From positions 1 through 31,845 of the IMG/VR virus record IMGVR_UViG_3300043618_000011: DNA of 31,845 bases; one strand, given 5' to 3'. Under the pieces are notes generated by a model, which was not told the DNA's origin, made no database searches, and worked only from the letters and a program-made list of their open reading frames with translations. A program made the position numbers and the translations under genes. Origin of the DNA: a virus (Duplodnaviria > Caudoviricetes). Positions 1 to 10,155 of the stretch are shown here, in pieces. Every line of letters starts with the position of its first letter. The first letter of the stretch is position 1.

Positions 1-1
1 C

Positions 2-550
2 AAGAAGTATCACTGGCCTAACTATCGCAAATGGCAGACCGTGACGCTTAATGGATCGACAGGCATCATTACTACAGATGCCTTTCAAGGCGTTAGGGAC
101 TTCGAAGACTTCATGAGTGTGCATAGAACAGGTGAGACACAGCCTCTTCCAGTCCTTCCAAAGGGCCGTCCTCCTGGCACAGTTACAGGATCGAGAGCGC
201 TTTATTGGACCAGTATGCACGTTACAGATGCTAACTATGTCAATCGTAAGCTTCAATTCTATCCTATAGGTGCCGTGGGGACGCTTGATATTCAGGCACG
301 CATCTATCCCATTGTGTCTCCTGCAATTGATTGGGATTGGGAAGACGTGATGTATCTCGATAAGAGTCTGTTGGTTTACGCGACTAGCTTCATGGCTCTT
401 GTTGTCAACGCACTCAATCCAGAGGCGGCAAATACATGCAAAGGACTAATGCAGACGCAGTACGATAACATTACTAACGGTCTCGCTGATACGCCGATTG
501 CGATTGAGCACAGTAATAGTGTTCCTGATCAGTGGTACGTTCAACCATGA
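2..550 (+). CDS. Putative tail tubular protein A / head-tail adaptor (5'-truncated by window edge)
   Basis: Frame of ORF 41..550 is open back to position 2; lies directly upstream of the nozzle-like gene with an ATGA overlap; call is positional. Confidence 0.5.
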   Translation, partial: KKYHWPNYRKWQTVTLNGSTGIITTDAFQGVRDFEDFMSVHRTGETQPLPVLPKGRPPGTVTGSRALYWTSMHVTDANYVNRKLQFYPIGAVGTLDIQARIYPIVSPAIDWDWEDVMYLDKSLLVYATSFMALVVNALNPEAANTCKGLMQTQYDNITNGLADTPIAIEHSNSVPDQWYVQP

Positions 551-2373
551 GTGCCAAACTCTTCTCAGTAGACTTTCGGGCTGGTGCCAAGCAGAACCTT
601 GTGCCGTTGACCATTCGTGGCTTCGGAGGAGGCTTAAATGCCGTCGATAACGACATTGAGATGGACCCCCGCTTCCAAAAGGTCCTTGACAATTTTAGGC
701 GCACGCCAAAGGGTTCACAGGTTATACGCTTTGGGTCCAAATGGTCATCCGATGTCAAAAGTGTCTCCAATAGTCCAATCGTTGACGAGGTATTCTTTTC
801 CAACGCCGTCATCTCCCCTCTTGAAAATGGTAATGTGGTTGCTACAGACGTTAATGGTGTCGATACTATTATTTGGAGTAGTGCTATTGCTGCTGCTCTG
901 TTGGGTAGTCCTGCTGGTTGGACTCCCGGTGTGGATAGTGTGGACTTTGTACCGTTTAAGAACAAGCTTGTAGTTCATAATGGTGTAGATAAACCAATCT
1001 TCTTCACTGCGGGTTTGGTTGGTAATTATCTGCAAGATGAGGCAACTGGAAGCAATGTCAACGTCCCAATCGGTAAGTACGGATGCGTTGTTGGAAACTA
1101 TCACTGCGTTGCTGGCATCCCAGCTGCGCCCACGACCATCTACATCACAGCCAAGGGAACTATCGGAACCTTCCCTGGCGACCCTCCACCTAATGACGCT
1201 ATTAGTATTGACGTTGGTGCTTATGCACCTGAAGGAGCGCCCGAAATTAGAGGCATCGCTGGCTTCCGGACATTCCTCATCGTCTTCTTCGAGAAGCAAT
1301 CCCTCCTGATCAAATTAGGTGTATATGACACAGACACACCAGCGAACCACACGCCAAGTTTCGATGACACGATGCCGGCATTTGGTCTACTCGGACATCG
1401 TTGCATCGTCCCAGTTGGCACCGACCTTCTTTTCGCAGGCCCCGCAGGTATTGCAAGTGCCAAACGAAATCTGTTATCAGGACTTATTGACAGTACTCCG
1501 GTCAGTAGTTCCATTGAGCCTGAGTACAGACGACAAATTGGCACGTTAAGCGACTCGCAGTTGTTGAAGTCGTGCTTTATGGTATTCGATGAGATTGCAC
1601 ATGAAACGACACTTCACCTACCTAACGGCGATGGTTTCATCCGGTGTTACAATGAACAATTGCGCTATGACAGCTGGGGAACTTTTTCTGGACCATCGTA
1701 TAGGTCGGGTTGCGTTTCCTCCAAAGGGCGCCGCTTCTTTTCGCTCGGTACACGGCTATTTGCTGGTGGAAATTCTGTGTTTACGGGAGAAAATTACTAC
1801 GCGGATCGTTTAAATGATCGTGATGCTGATTGGACTCCTGGTACGCCTTATCTGACAGGCGCCATTATTCATGACCAGATAGAAGATACTAGTTTCCTCG
1901 CGATTGCCGATAATACGAGTGGTGCTGTTTCGTTTGCTCAGGATCGCATCGATCAAGCGTTGAGCCCAAAATGGGAAGAGTATTTAGGCGATGCCATTAC
2001 CATTGATCTTGAAATGCCATGGCTTGATGGTAAGGACCCAATGCAGTTAAAGGCCAATCGATACGTTGCATTGGCTACCAAAGGAACTGCGACCTTTACG
2101 CTATCGGTATGGGTAGACAATCTGTTCAAAGACGAAGATGGTGTGCTTCTTCATCCTCCTGCACTCGCATTGGAGTTTATCGGCAATGACGGACCTGGTT
2201 TTGGTTTTGATACTGAACCTTACGGTGGCGGTCGTCGATCTAATGATCCTAGGCTCATGCGCTTTCCTGTTAACTTCAAATCAATTAAGCCCAAGATTAC
2301 CGCCTCAACGAGGAAGCCCCTAGAGATCATTAACATCTCTTTCCTCTTCCAACGTGGCAAGTTTGGACGATAG
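547..2373 (+). CDS. Putative tail tubular protein B / nozzle
   Basis: ~608 aa, beta-rich, N-terminal 'GFGGGLN' as in podophage nozzle/stabilisation proteins; between adaptor and fibres; start set at the ATGA overlap. Confidence 0.6.
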   Translation: MSAKLFSVDFRAGAKQNLVPLTIRGFGGGLNAVDNDIEMDPRFQKVLDNFRRTPKGSQVIRFGSKWSSDVKSVSNSPIVDEVFFSNAVISPLENGNVVATDVNGVDTIIWSSAIAAALLGSPAGWTPGVDSVDFVPFKNKLVVHNGVDKPIFFTAGLVGNYLQDEATGSNVNVPIGKYGCVVGNYHCVAGIPAAPTTIYITAKGTIGTFPGDPPPNDAISIDVGAYAPEGAPEIRGIAGFRTFLIVFFEKQSLLIKLGVYDTDTPANHTPSFDDTMPAFGLLGHRCIVPVGTDLLFAGPAGIASAKRNLLSGLIDSTPVSSSIEPEYRRQIGTLSDSQLLKSCFMVFDEIAHETTLHLPNGDGFIRCYNEQLRYDSWGTFSGPSYRSGCVSSKGRRFFSLGTRLFAGGNSVFTGENYYADRLNDRDADWTPGTPYLTGAIIHDQIEDTSFLAIADNTSGAVSFAQDRIDQALSPKWEEYLGDAITIDLEMPWLDGKDPMQLKANRYVALATKGTATFTLSVWVDNLFKDEDGVLLHPPALALEFIGNDGPGFGFDTEPYGGGRRSNDPRLMRFPVNFKSIKPKITASTRKPLEIINISFLFQRGKFGR

Positions 2374-2375
2374 GT

Positions 2376-2388
2376 GTGTGAGTCACAC
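2376..2388. repeat. Palindrome copy 1, GTGTGAGTCACAC
   Basis: Exact; between stop 2373 and ATG 2391. Confidence 0.95.
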
Positions 2389-2390
2389 AG

Positions 2391-4031
2391 ATGACTGATT
2401 TCACCGCTCACTTTCGCTTCCCAATCCCTGATTTTACGCAGGAGCCTTGGCATGCCGAGCTTCAAAGCTTTCTTCGCGCAGTGGATACAGCCATCTATCA
2501 AGCCGTCCTTATTCAAAACGTTGGCAATTGGGCCAATTCCACTGTTTATTCCATTGGATCGATTGTTATCGATAGCGCAACTGGTCTTATGTGGACTTGT
2601 GCTGTTGCAAATACTTCATCGACTGCACCGACGACTTTCGCTCAGGAGAGGGTGGCTCATCCAACCTTCTGGAATGCAACAGCAAATATTCCACAGCAAC
2701 GGGGAGCTTGGACGACTGCTACTTCTTACATTCCTGGTGACTTTGTTGTTGACACTAATCGTTATGCCGTTTGTCTCGTTGCTCATGTTTCCGGAGTATT
2801 CAATACGGACTTGGCGGCTGGTCGGTGGGTTGTATTAGTTGATCTATCGGCTTTAGGCGTAGGCATTAATGCTACCGTTGAAGCCACTGTTGCATCGGCA
2901 GCTACGACTAATATAGGCGCAACACCTGCAACACGCATCAATATAACAGGAGTGACTGGTATTACAAGTTTTGGTGTTGTTGCGAACACATATAAAATCC
3001 TGCGTTTTTCTGCAGCACTCACAATTACTGGCTCGGCTGCCATTACCTTGATTGGTGGTGGTCCTCGCGTAACAGCTGCCAATGACATAATGTGGGTGTC
3101 GTCAGATGGCGTAGGCAATTGGCGTGAATTGATGTACACGCCTGCGTCTGGACTACCGTTGACAATTCCTGATGCGACTACAGCAGCGAAAGGAGTCATT
3201 GAGCTAGCGACACAAGGCGAAGTTGATCTAGGTGTTGACACTGTTCGTGCCGTAGTTCCTGCAACACTTAAGACGCGACTCGATGCACTGACAACTACAA
3301 TCTTGCTTACCATTCGAGATGGAGTATCCGGAACACTTGATACCTTAGCTGAAATTGCAACAGCGATTGGTTTCTTGGCACCAAAAGCCAATCCGACATT
3401 TACTGGTGGAGCAAACTTCGATACTATAGGAGCCAATGGCATTACCGTAGCGAGCCTTACTGTATCTGGCGGTTCAACATTTCCTGCTGGTGATGTTGGT
3501 TTGGCGGAGTTAATTGGTGAAGCAAAACCGTTTCTCAACATGCTCTTTGCGCAAGACCTTAAGTCTACTAATACTTTTGGTCAGGCACTAACGGCAAATG
3601 CGTTTACCAAAAGAAATCTGGGCATAACGGTTAATAATATTGGCGCTACAATTGTTTCGGATGTAATAACGTTACCTGCGGGCACATATTGGGTAGATGG
3701 ATGGACAACAGTTGGTGCCAATATCGATGTGGGGGCTGGCGGCACAACAGCGGCGCGATTTGCTGTCCGTTTGAGGAATACTACTGGTGGATTAACGCTC
3801 TTGGTGGGTCAAGGGGATAACATTAATGGTTCGGACTCAGGTGTGGGAGGCGCTGACCTTATGAATAAACAGTTTTACTTCAGAGGCGTAATTACTGTTG
3901 CTGCTGCTCAGGCGCTTGAGTTGCAGGTATTCGTATCGTCGTTGACAAACGTTAGTGTGGATGGTGGTAGAGCAGCAAATACAGGTGACTCTGAAATCTA
4001 CAGTGAAGTTCTATTCCTCAAGATCGGTTAG
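2391..4031 (+). CDS. Tail fibre protein 1
   Basis: 546 aa, Thr/Ala/Gly-rich; CBM5/12-like repeats (WANSTVYSIG, WTTATSYIPGD); fibre motifs 'ATTAAKGVIELAT' and 'LDTLAEIATAI'. Confidence 0.75.
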   Translation: MTDFTAHFRFPIPDFTQEPWHAELQSFLRAVDTAIYQAVLIQNVGNWANSTVYSIGSIVIDSATGLMWTCAVANTSSTAPTTFAQERVAHPTFWNATANIPQQRGAWTTATSYIPGDFVVDTNRYAVCLVAHVSGVFNTDLAAGRWVVLVDLSALGVGINATVEATVASAATTNIGATPATRINITGVTGITSFGVVANTYKILRFSAALTITGSAAITLIGGGPRVTAANDIMWVSSDGVGNWRELMYTPASGLPLTIPDATTAAKGVIELATQGEVDLGVDTVRAVVPATLKTRLDALTTTILLTIRDGVSGTLDTLAEIATAIGFLAPKANPTFTGGANFDTIGANGITVASLTVSGGSTFPAGDVGLAELIGEAKPFLNMLFAQDLKSTNTFGQALTANAFTKRNLGITVNNIGATIVSDVITLPAGTYWVDGWTTVGANIDVGAGGTTAARFAVRLRNTTGGLTLLVGQGDNINGSDSGVGGADLMNKQFYFRGVITVAAAQALELQVFVSSLTNVSVDGGRAANTGDSEIYSEVLFLKIG

Positions 4032-4043
4032 TGTGAGTCACAC
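4031..4043. repeat. Palindrome copy 2, GTGTGAGTCACAC
   Basis: Exact; between stop 4031 and ATG 4047. Confidence 0.95.
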
Positions 4044-4046
4044 AAA

Positions 4047-5570
4047 ATGACGACGACGTTTACCACACACTTTCGATTTGGCCTGCCAGATTTCCTTGCC
4101 GGTCCATGGCACGCCGATTGGTATGCACTCGTCATCAAGATGGACGAGATACTGTATGAATTGGCCATTACGTCGAATGCAGCGCTCTGGGAAAACTCTC
4201 ATGCGTACATAATCGGCAACATCGTAATCAGTCCAGAAGACGGGTTCATGTGGACCTGTTCTGTGGCACATACTAGTGCGGTATCACCTACTACATTCTC
4301 TGCTGACCGTTTGGCACATCCAACATTCTGGACATCTATCGGTATTGGTGATGACCTTACTGCTATTGAGGCGTTGACTGGTACAGGTTTTCCTGCACGA
4401 GCTGGTAGTGGTCTATGGTCGCTTCGCACGTTCACGTTCTCGAATGGTATAACAATTACTAATCCTAGTGGTGCAGCAGGCAGTCCGAACTTCGCTCCGG
4501 CCAATGACCTAGGGGCCATCGAGGCACTTTCTACTGTTGGAGCATTGCATCGTACTGCTTCAGAAACATGGGCATTACGTACGCTTACAGGACCTGCCGC
4601 AGGTGTCACTGTTTCGAATGGTGATGGCGTAGCAGGCAATCCAACAATCAATTTGATTAATGACCTGGGTGCCATCGAAGCTTTATCTACAAATGGCATT
4701 TTGTCTCGTACTGCAACTGATACCTGGGCAATTAGAACGTTGCAGGCACCTGCCGCAGGCATCGCTATCACTAATCCTGGTGGTGTTGCTGGTGATCCAA
4801 CGTTCGCACTTGCTAACGATTTGGGAGCTATTGAGACACTTAACACTAATGCAATTCTTGTACGCACTGGTACAGATACATGGGCGGCACGCACACTAAC
4901 TGCGCCAGCTGCTGGGCTTACAATTACCAATCCTGCTGGTACTGCCGGCAATCCTACGTTTGCATTTGCTAATGACTTAGCCGCTGTTGAAGCATTGGCT
5001 GGAACAGGTGTTGTTCAACGTACAGGTACCGATACGTGGTCAGTTGGTACGACAATCACCGTTGCGCAAGGTGGTTCCGGCGTAGGCACGTTAACTGATC
5101 ATGGCGTCTTGTTTGGACGTGGTACTGGGAACTTCGAAGCGTCTTCAGCCGGAACTGCTGGTCAAGTAATGAAATCTGGCGGCTCAGGTGCAAATGGCGC
5201 CTATGCCGATGATTTGGTAGGGATCGAATTTATTATTGATGGTGGCGGTGTAGCGATCACGACAGGCATCAAGGGTGATTTGGAAATTCCGTTCAATTGT
5301 ACGATCGTGTCGGCAACACTTCTTGCAGATCAGAGCGGTTCTATTGTTGTAAACGTTTGGAAGGACTCTTTTGCTAACTATCCTCCTGTAGTTGGTGACA
5401 AAATTACAGCGTCGGCGCCACCTACAATTACTGCGACAACGAAATCGCAAGATACAACACTGACAGGGTGGACTACTAGTATATCAGCCGGAGATACATT
5501 GCGTTATAACGTGGATAGTGTATCAACAATTCAACGCGTTACGCTATCACTTAAGGTCAGGAGGACGTAA
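4047..5570 (+). CDS. Tail fibre protein 2 with ~52-aa tandem repeats
   Basis: N-terminus paralogous to 2391..4031; five NDLxAIEAL repeats. Confidence 0.75.
   Translation: MTTTFTTHFRFGLPDFLAGPWHADWYALVIKMDEILYELAITSNAALWENSHAYIIGNIVISPEDGFMWTCSVAHTSAVSPTTFSADRLAHPTFWTSIGIGDDLTAIEALTGTGFPARAGSGLWSLRTFTFSNGITITNPSGAAGSPNFAPANDLGAIEALSTVGALHRTASETWALRTLTGPAAGVTVSNGDGVAGNPTINLINDLGAIEALSTNGILSRTATDTWAIRTLQAPAAGIAITNPGGVAGDPTFALANDLGAIETLNTNAILVRTGTDTWAARTLTAPAAGLTITNPAGTAGNPTFAFANDLAAVEALAGTGVVQRTGTDTWSVGTTITVAQGGSGVGTLTDHGVLFGRGTGNFEASSAGTAGQVMKSGGSGANGAYADDLVGIEFIIDGGGVAITTGIKGDLEIPFNCTIVSATLLADQSGSIVVNVWKDSFANYPPVVGDKITASAPPTITATTKSQDTTLTGWTTSISAGDTLRYNVDSVSTIQRVTLSLKVRRT
4350..5040 (+). repeat. 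Intragenic tandem repeat, 153-156 nt unit, ~4.5 copies
   Basis: Units start at about 4350, 4503, 4659, 4815 and 4971 (D/N-DL-x-A-I/V-E); synonymous divergence between copies. Confidence 0.85.
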
Positions 5571-5851
5571 TGGCTCTTAGATACTTGACTGGCGTGTGGA
5601 TGACGGGAACACTACGAGGCAAGGTGCACAAATTTGATCTAGACGAGGGTTTGCCTGTACACAGTCACGCGGATGGTAGAGGTATGCATATTACTGTTGT
5701 GCTGAGTGGTAGTTTTCTTTGTGTCGGTAATCCTGAGATAGAAGGTGAAATAATGAAGGTGGGAGACGTTTTAGATTGGACAGCAAGTGAACCACACGGT
5801 TTCAGGGCACTTGAAGCTAACTCCTCCTTCTTACAGATAGCAAAGCAATGA
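5570..5851 (+). CDS. Cupin-domain protein
   Basis: Cupin motifs 'LPVHSH...HITVVLSG' and 'EPHGFRA'. Confidence 0.7.
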   Translation: MALRYLTGVWMTGTLRGKVHKFDLDEGLPVHSHADGRGMHITVVLSGSFLCVGNPEIEGEIMKVGDVLDWTASEPHGFRALEANSSFLQIAKQ

Positions 5852-6900
5852 ATTGGTCTCTACTCAAAGGAACGCGTTCCAACGATCCCCTTAAGCTTAA
5901 GGGGCGTCGTCGTGTTGTGCGCGCCATGGCACCGATCCTCCTCGGTGCATCGTTACTATGCGCTCGTGTTGTGTGTGAGTCACACGGCGCCGAACATCGC
6001 ACAGTTATTGAGACGTGGCGTAAAGTCGATGATAAGAAAAGCGATATTGTTATTCTTTCAGTAACTGCCTTTCTTGTATCACCTACTGGTAGTAACCAAA
6101 CATATAACGTTCCAAACGATTGGGACTCGGCAAATAATACCATTTCTACAATTGGTGCTGGTGCAAGTGGTTCTATCGGTCAGCAAGGAACAGACGGTGG
6201 CAGTGGAGGAGGCGGTGGAGGTTATTCGTCACAATCAAATATTACACTAACACCAGGCGGCACTGCCACATATCAGATTGGAACTGGCGGTGCATCAGTT
6301 ACCAGAACAAATAACGGTACCAGGCTGACTGGAAATGCTGGTGGTGATACCTGGTTCAATGGAACAACTCTCGGTGGGTCAACTGTAGGTGCTAAGGGAG
6401 GTACCAGTCGTCCTTCACCCCTCGGTGGCCTTGGTGGTGAGCAGGTAGGCAATACAGGTGGTGTAGGAGCGACGAAGCGTTTAGGGGGAAATGGCGGCTT
6501 TGGTGGCGATGCCTGTATCGGTAACGGAAATGCTGGTGGTGGTGGTGGTGCTGCTGGGAACACAGCCAATGGAACTAACGGAGTCGACGGCAACGGTACG
6601 CAAGGCAATGGCGGTGCTGGGGGAGCAACAGGCGGTGGTGCTGGTGGTAGTGGCGCAGGTGCCAATGGTTCTGCTGGTACAAATTTTGATGCCACTCATG
6701 GTGCTGGTGGTGGTGGCGCCGGCTCACTCATAGCTGGGACGGCGGGAGCCGGTGGTCTCTATGGTGCTGGTGGTGGCGGTACTCCTAATTCAGGAAGTGG
6801 CACATTCACTAGCGGTGCTGGGGCCCAAGGTTTGATTGTGATTGTGTATACACCTGCTGTTGGTGCATCGGTACGTAACAGAGGTTTCATAATTGGATAG
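5848..6900 (+). CDS. Glycine-rich tail-fibre-associated protein
   Basis: Long GGxGG tracts; ends 'GAGAQGLIVIVY', typical of phage Gly-rich domains. Confidence 0.65.
   Translation: MNWSLLKGTRSNDPLKLKGRRRVVRAMAPILLGASLLCARVVCESHGAEHRTVIETWRKVDDKKSDIVILSVTAFLVSPTGSNQTYNVPNDWDSANNTISTIGAGASGSIGQQGTDGGSGGGGGGYSSQSNITLTPGGTATYQIGTGGASVTRTNNGTRLTGNAGGDTWFNGTTLGGSTVGAKGGTSRPSPLGGLGGEQVGNTGGVGATKRLGGNGGFGGDACIGNGNAGGGGGAAGNTANGTNGVDGNGTQGNGGAGGATGGGAGGSGAGANGSAGTNFDATHGAGGGGAGSLIAGTAGAGGLYGAGGGGTPNSGSGTFTSGAGAQGLIVIVYTPAVGASVRNRGFIIG
5973..5985. repeat. Palindrome copy 3, GTGTGAGTCACAC
   Basis: Exact; inside the Gly-rich ORF (CESH). Confidence 0.95.
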
Positions 6901-6909
6901 GAGGATGTC

Positions 6910-7149
6910 ATGGCAAAACACAACATGTCAACATATGTAGCAGTAGAGCAGGCCGAGGATGATGGCGATACCAAAGCAATCTGGAGTGCAGCAGCCGAAA
7001 GATTGCAAGGCACCGATGGAATAAAATGTGCACATATGCACTATGCAGATGGTAAATTGTGTGGTACATTTACACGAAGCTGGGAAACCCCCGATCCTGA
7101 GCCAGAGAGTGTGACTCACACACTTCCTGAAGGCGTCGAGAAGGAGTAA
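6910..7149 (+). CDS. Hypothetical protein
   Basis: RBS GGAGG upstream; tight packing with neighbours. Confidence 0.6.
   Translation: MAKHNMSTYVAVEQAEDDGDTKAIWSAAAERLQGTDGIKCAHMHYADGKLCGTFTRSWETPDPEPESVTHTLPEGVEKE
7109..7121. repeat. Palindrome copy 4, GTGTGACTCACAC
   Basis: Exact; intragenic (VTHT). Confidence 0.95.
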
Positions 7150-7154
7150 TCGCA

Positions 7155-8105
7155 ATGTCTTGGCTTAGTGAAGCGTTCTCAGGTAACAGAGCTAAAAATC
7201 AGGCCAAGGCAGAGGAAGAGGCTGCTGCGGCAAAGCAGGCGGCCGATGCAAAAGCTGCACAGGATAAGCTTGACTCTGATAAAGCTATCCAAGACGCCAA
7301 AAATGTAGCACTGCGTACTAGTGCCTCGGGTGCTGCGCGCAACTCTGCTAACTCATACTTCACGAACCTTGGCTATGATCCGGCTCAGTTCTCTGGTGAT
7401 CTGGACACCAAGATCAATGATATCCTCGGTACAACTTCAGTGGACGATCCTAATGTCGGTTCATACTTTAAGGACATTGGACAGAGCATTTTCAACTCCA
7501 AGCAGGATGCTTTCCGATCCAAGTCCAACCGCGATCTCAACTCTGTGTTCACACCCGACTATGAGCACACGCGCATCGCGGATACAACAGATGATCCAGT
7601 TCTGTCCGATGTATTTAATGAGCAGCGTGGTCAAGCCGATGACTACATCAACAATCTATTCAAGCGGGGAGTCATCAACCAAACAGGCAAAGAAGGCGCC
7701 GAACGTAACCTAGATACGCAAGGGGCACGTGTCCATTCGACTCTCAACGACATCGGCAGTGGTGTACTTGCGACTGGAAGACAAGGGTTGACTGACATCC
7801 AAAATCGTGCCCGGTCAACTGCTCAAACTCTTCCGTTTGGTTCTGGCTTCGATGTTGGTAACTATGCCAATCAAGCCAATCGATCGTATGACGATTTCAT
7901 GGGTAGTCTCGGTAACTCAGTGCGCTCACGGATAACGAGTCCATTGTTTGATACAAGTAGCCTTGCGGCGATTGCTGGTGGCGCTCAAGGTGCACAGAAC
8001 TTTAAGTTTGATCCGAAGGCACTGGCTGGTGTGTTGGGATCAGGCAATCCGAACGATAACGAAACGCAACAAAATCAAGAGACCCCTAATCGCGTTAGCT
8101 TCTAA
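7155..8105 (+). CDS. Putative internal virion (ejection) protein
   Basis: RBS AAGGAG; helical Ala/Gln/Asn-rich 316 aa; position after the tail genes. Confidence 0.5.
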   Translation: MSWLSEAFSGNRAKNQAKAEEEAAAAKQAADAKAAQDKLDSDKAIQDAKNVALRTSASGAARNSANSYFTNLGYDPAQFSGDLDTKINDILGTTSVDDPNVGSYFKDIGQSIFNSKQDAFRSKSNRDLNSVFTPDYEHTRIADTTDDPVLSDVFNEQRGQADDYINNLFKRGVINQTGKEGAERNLDTQGARVHSTLNDIGSGVLATGRQGLTDIQNRARSTAQTLPFGSGFDVGNYANQANRSYDDFMGSLGNSVRSRITSPLFDTSSLAAIAGGAQGAQNFKFDPKALAGVLGSGNPNDNETQQNQETPNRVSF

Positions 8106-8107
8106 CA

Positions 8108-8120
8108 GTGTGAGTCACAC
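8108..8120. repeat. Palindrome copy 5, GTGTGAGTCACAC
   Basis: Exact; between stop 8105 and ATG 8124. Confidence 0.95.
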
Positions 8121-8123
8121 GCC

Positions 8124-9068
8124 ATGGAACCTATTAGCGCTGCATTAATGGCTGGAACTGCTGCGGCTAACTTCTTCACAGGTGCACGAGCCAATCGCAA
8201 CGCAGAAGACAACTTGGCGTTCCAAAAGTGGCTCGCCAATGAAGAACTTAGAATGGGCCAGGCATCTCGCACAGATGCCATGGGCAACACTGTTCGATAT
8301 GATAAGGCGCTTAATAAATGGGTTACCGATCTAACTCCTTACCAAAACCAACTTGCAAAAGCTGGTGAGCACGAGCAGTTTCTTAACCTTACCGATGATG
8401 CAGGACGTAATCGCAACGTTCGTGAGCGTGCTTATCAACGCGGTCAGGATGCAGGTGAAGATTACAATCGTGCCTCCGCGGGGTATAGATATGATCAGGG
8501 TCCGGGAGAAGATGCTATCAGGGGTCAGCTTACGGACCTCATCTTACGTTCTCGACAAGGACAGAACACTGGTGGAGGAAACACAAACAACTTTATCCGA
8601 CAACGCGGTAACCTTCCTGTTGTTTCGTCCAGTCGCGGACCGTCATCAGGAGTCTCGGACGTTGCATCGGCGCTCTTGGAAGCACGTCAGGGTGCCCTAG
8701 GTGAACGTGGTCAAAGAGACCAACAGAGTGCTAGCAAATATCTACCTGCTATGCAGAACTTTGCTGCTCAGATGGATGCTGGAGGAGGAACGCCTGTACA
8801 GTTCCCGAAGTTTGACTACTTGAACCAGAACCAAGCTGGTATGTCTGACGACGCACTCAAGGCGTTTGGACAGGCGGGTAAAGGAGTTGAAGGGGCGTAT
8901 GGCAACCTTACTAATGCGTCTAAGCTTGGTATTATCAATCCTGCTCAGTACGCCACTTTCCTTCGTGGTGGCCAAACAGGAAAGACAAATTCTAGCGGAG
9001 TCTCGCCGATAGCATCTAGTACTACATCCGATGGACGAGACCTAGACAGTATCATGTACGACTTTTAG
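8124..9068 (+). CDS. Putative internal virion (ejection) protein
   Basis: N-terminus 'MEPISAALMAGTAAA' resembles podophage internal virion proteins; Gln/Gly/Ala-rich. Confidence 0.55.
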   Translation: MEPISAALMAGTAAANFFTGARANRNAEDNLAFQKWLANEELRMGQASRTDAMGNTVRYDKALNKWVTDLTPYQNQLAKAGEHEQFLNLTDDAGRNRNVRERAYQRGQDAGEDYNRASAGYRYDQGPGEDAIRGQLTDLILRSRQGQNTGGGNTNNFIRQRGNLPVVSSSRGPSSGVSDVASALLEARQGALGERGQRDQQSASKYLPAMQNFAAQMDAGGGTPVQFPKFDYLNQNQAGMSDDALKAFGQAGKGVEGAYGNLTNASKLGIINPAQYATFLRGGQTGKTNSSGVSPIASSTTSDGRDLDSIMYDF

Positions 9069-9069
9069 C

Positions 9070-9082
9070 GTGTGAGTCACAC
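9070..9082. repeat. Palindrome copy 6, GTGTGAGTCACAC
   Basis: Exact; between stop 9068 and ATG 9084. Confidence 0.95.
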
Positions 9083-9083
9083 A

Positions 9084-9284
9084 ATGGCCGACGAAGAAAT
9101 CGACAACGCACTTCTCAAAGAGGAATACGCAGTCCTCAAAAAGCGTGGTGTCCCTGATACGGACCCACGCATTGTTGCGATTAGGCGCATTTCTAAGAAG
9201 CAAAAGGCGCCATTGGGAAGGGAAGGTTTAGACTTTCCCATGCAATTAAAGTTTCCTGTGAAGCGGAGAGAAGACAATGGCTGA
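9084..9284 (+). CDS. Hypothetical protein
   Basis: ATG directly after the palindrome; overlaps the next start. Confidence 0.55.
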   Translation: MADEEIDNALLKEEYAVLKKRGVPDTDPRIVAIRRISKKQKAPLGREGLDFPMQLKFPVKRREDNG

Positions 9285-10155
9285 ACAGGACAATAGAGGT
9301 GTAATGGAGTCGATCCGTCGTGCCATGTTGGCTGGACGACAGAGTGACAATTTCAGCATGGAGCACAATCCTGACTGGAAGTACAATAAAATGTACGGTG
9401 ATATATTCGATAAAACAGAGCCAGGAGACGATAACTACTTGATGCTTCCTGAGAGTCCTACTCGTCGATATCACTTTGGCAATGACGATCAATATGCACA
9501 GAATGGCCCATTCACTGGTCAACGGACAGAGCCTGAGATGCCGTCTGCTCGTGATGTGATCATCATGGAGCGCAGTAACGATCCACGAGTCAAGGAGATG
9601 TTTGGTGATGCTTTTGGGACTGAAGCGCTTGATCGGAATAATCGTAATCGTTATGGGGTACGTTCTCCTGATTACATACCTAATCCCAGGCCCAGGCCCA
9701 GCGCCGCACCACTAGGTCCTGGAGAGGATGAGTATCAAGGCGATCAATCAGGCATGTCACCTGAGAGCTACAAAACTGATAGTGAGCCTCGTCCAGAAGA
9801 AGCATACAGCTATATCCCAGGACTCAAAGACCGTGTTGCAGAGCATGTGTATGGTCCTGGTCCTGCACGTGAGACGAAGGGTGATCGTCAGGACGGTACT
9901 AGATTTGATCGTGACTTCGAGGATGTAGGTGGCGATCAACGCGCAAACATCCAAGATTATCGCCTTAGAGCTATCGAGAACATGATGCAACGTGGGGGAC
10001 AGGCACAACAGCCTCCTGAGTCCATGGAGCAGTCACCGCAGATGTCATCCCAAGGTCTAGATGATATGTTGCAACGCCACTTCCAAGAGATGCGGCAACA
10101 ACAACTTAGTGAGGACCCTGAACTATCAGAGTTTGACAGACGGAGACAGCGGTGA
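9277..10155 (+). CDS. Acidic, Pro-rich hypothetical protein (likely disordered)
   Basis: 292-aa ORF with RBS GGAGAG; rich in D/E/P/R/Q. Confidence 0.65.
   Translation: MAEQDNRGVMESIRRAMLAGRQSDNFSMEHNPDWKYNKMYGDIFDKTEPGDDNYLMLPESPTRRYHFGNDDQYAQNGPFTGQRTEPEMPSARDVIIMERSNDPRVKEMFGDAFGTEALDRNNRNRYGVRSPDYIPNPRPRPSAAPLGPGEDEYQGDQSGMSPESYKTDSEPRPEEAYSYIPGLKDRVAEHVYGPGPARETKGDRQDGTRFDRDFEDVGGDQRANIQDYRLRAIENMMQRGGQAQQPPESMEQSPQMSSQGLDDMLQRHFQEMRQQQLSEDPELSEFDRRRQR

Noticed and set aside
2783-4951. Long - strand ORFs opposite the tail fibres
   Set aside because: Expected antisense openness from Ala/Gly/Thr codon bias.
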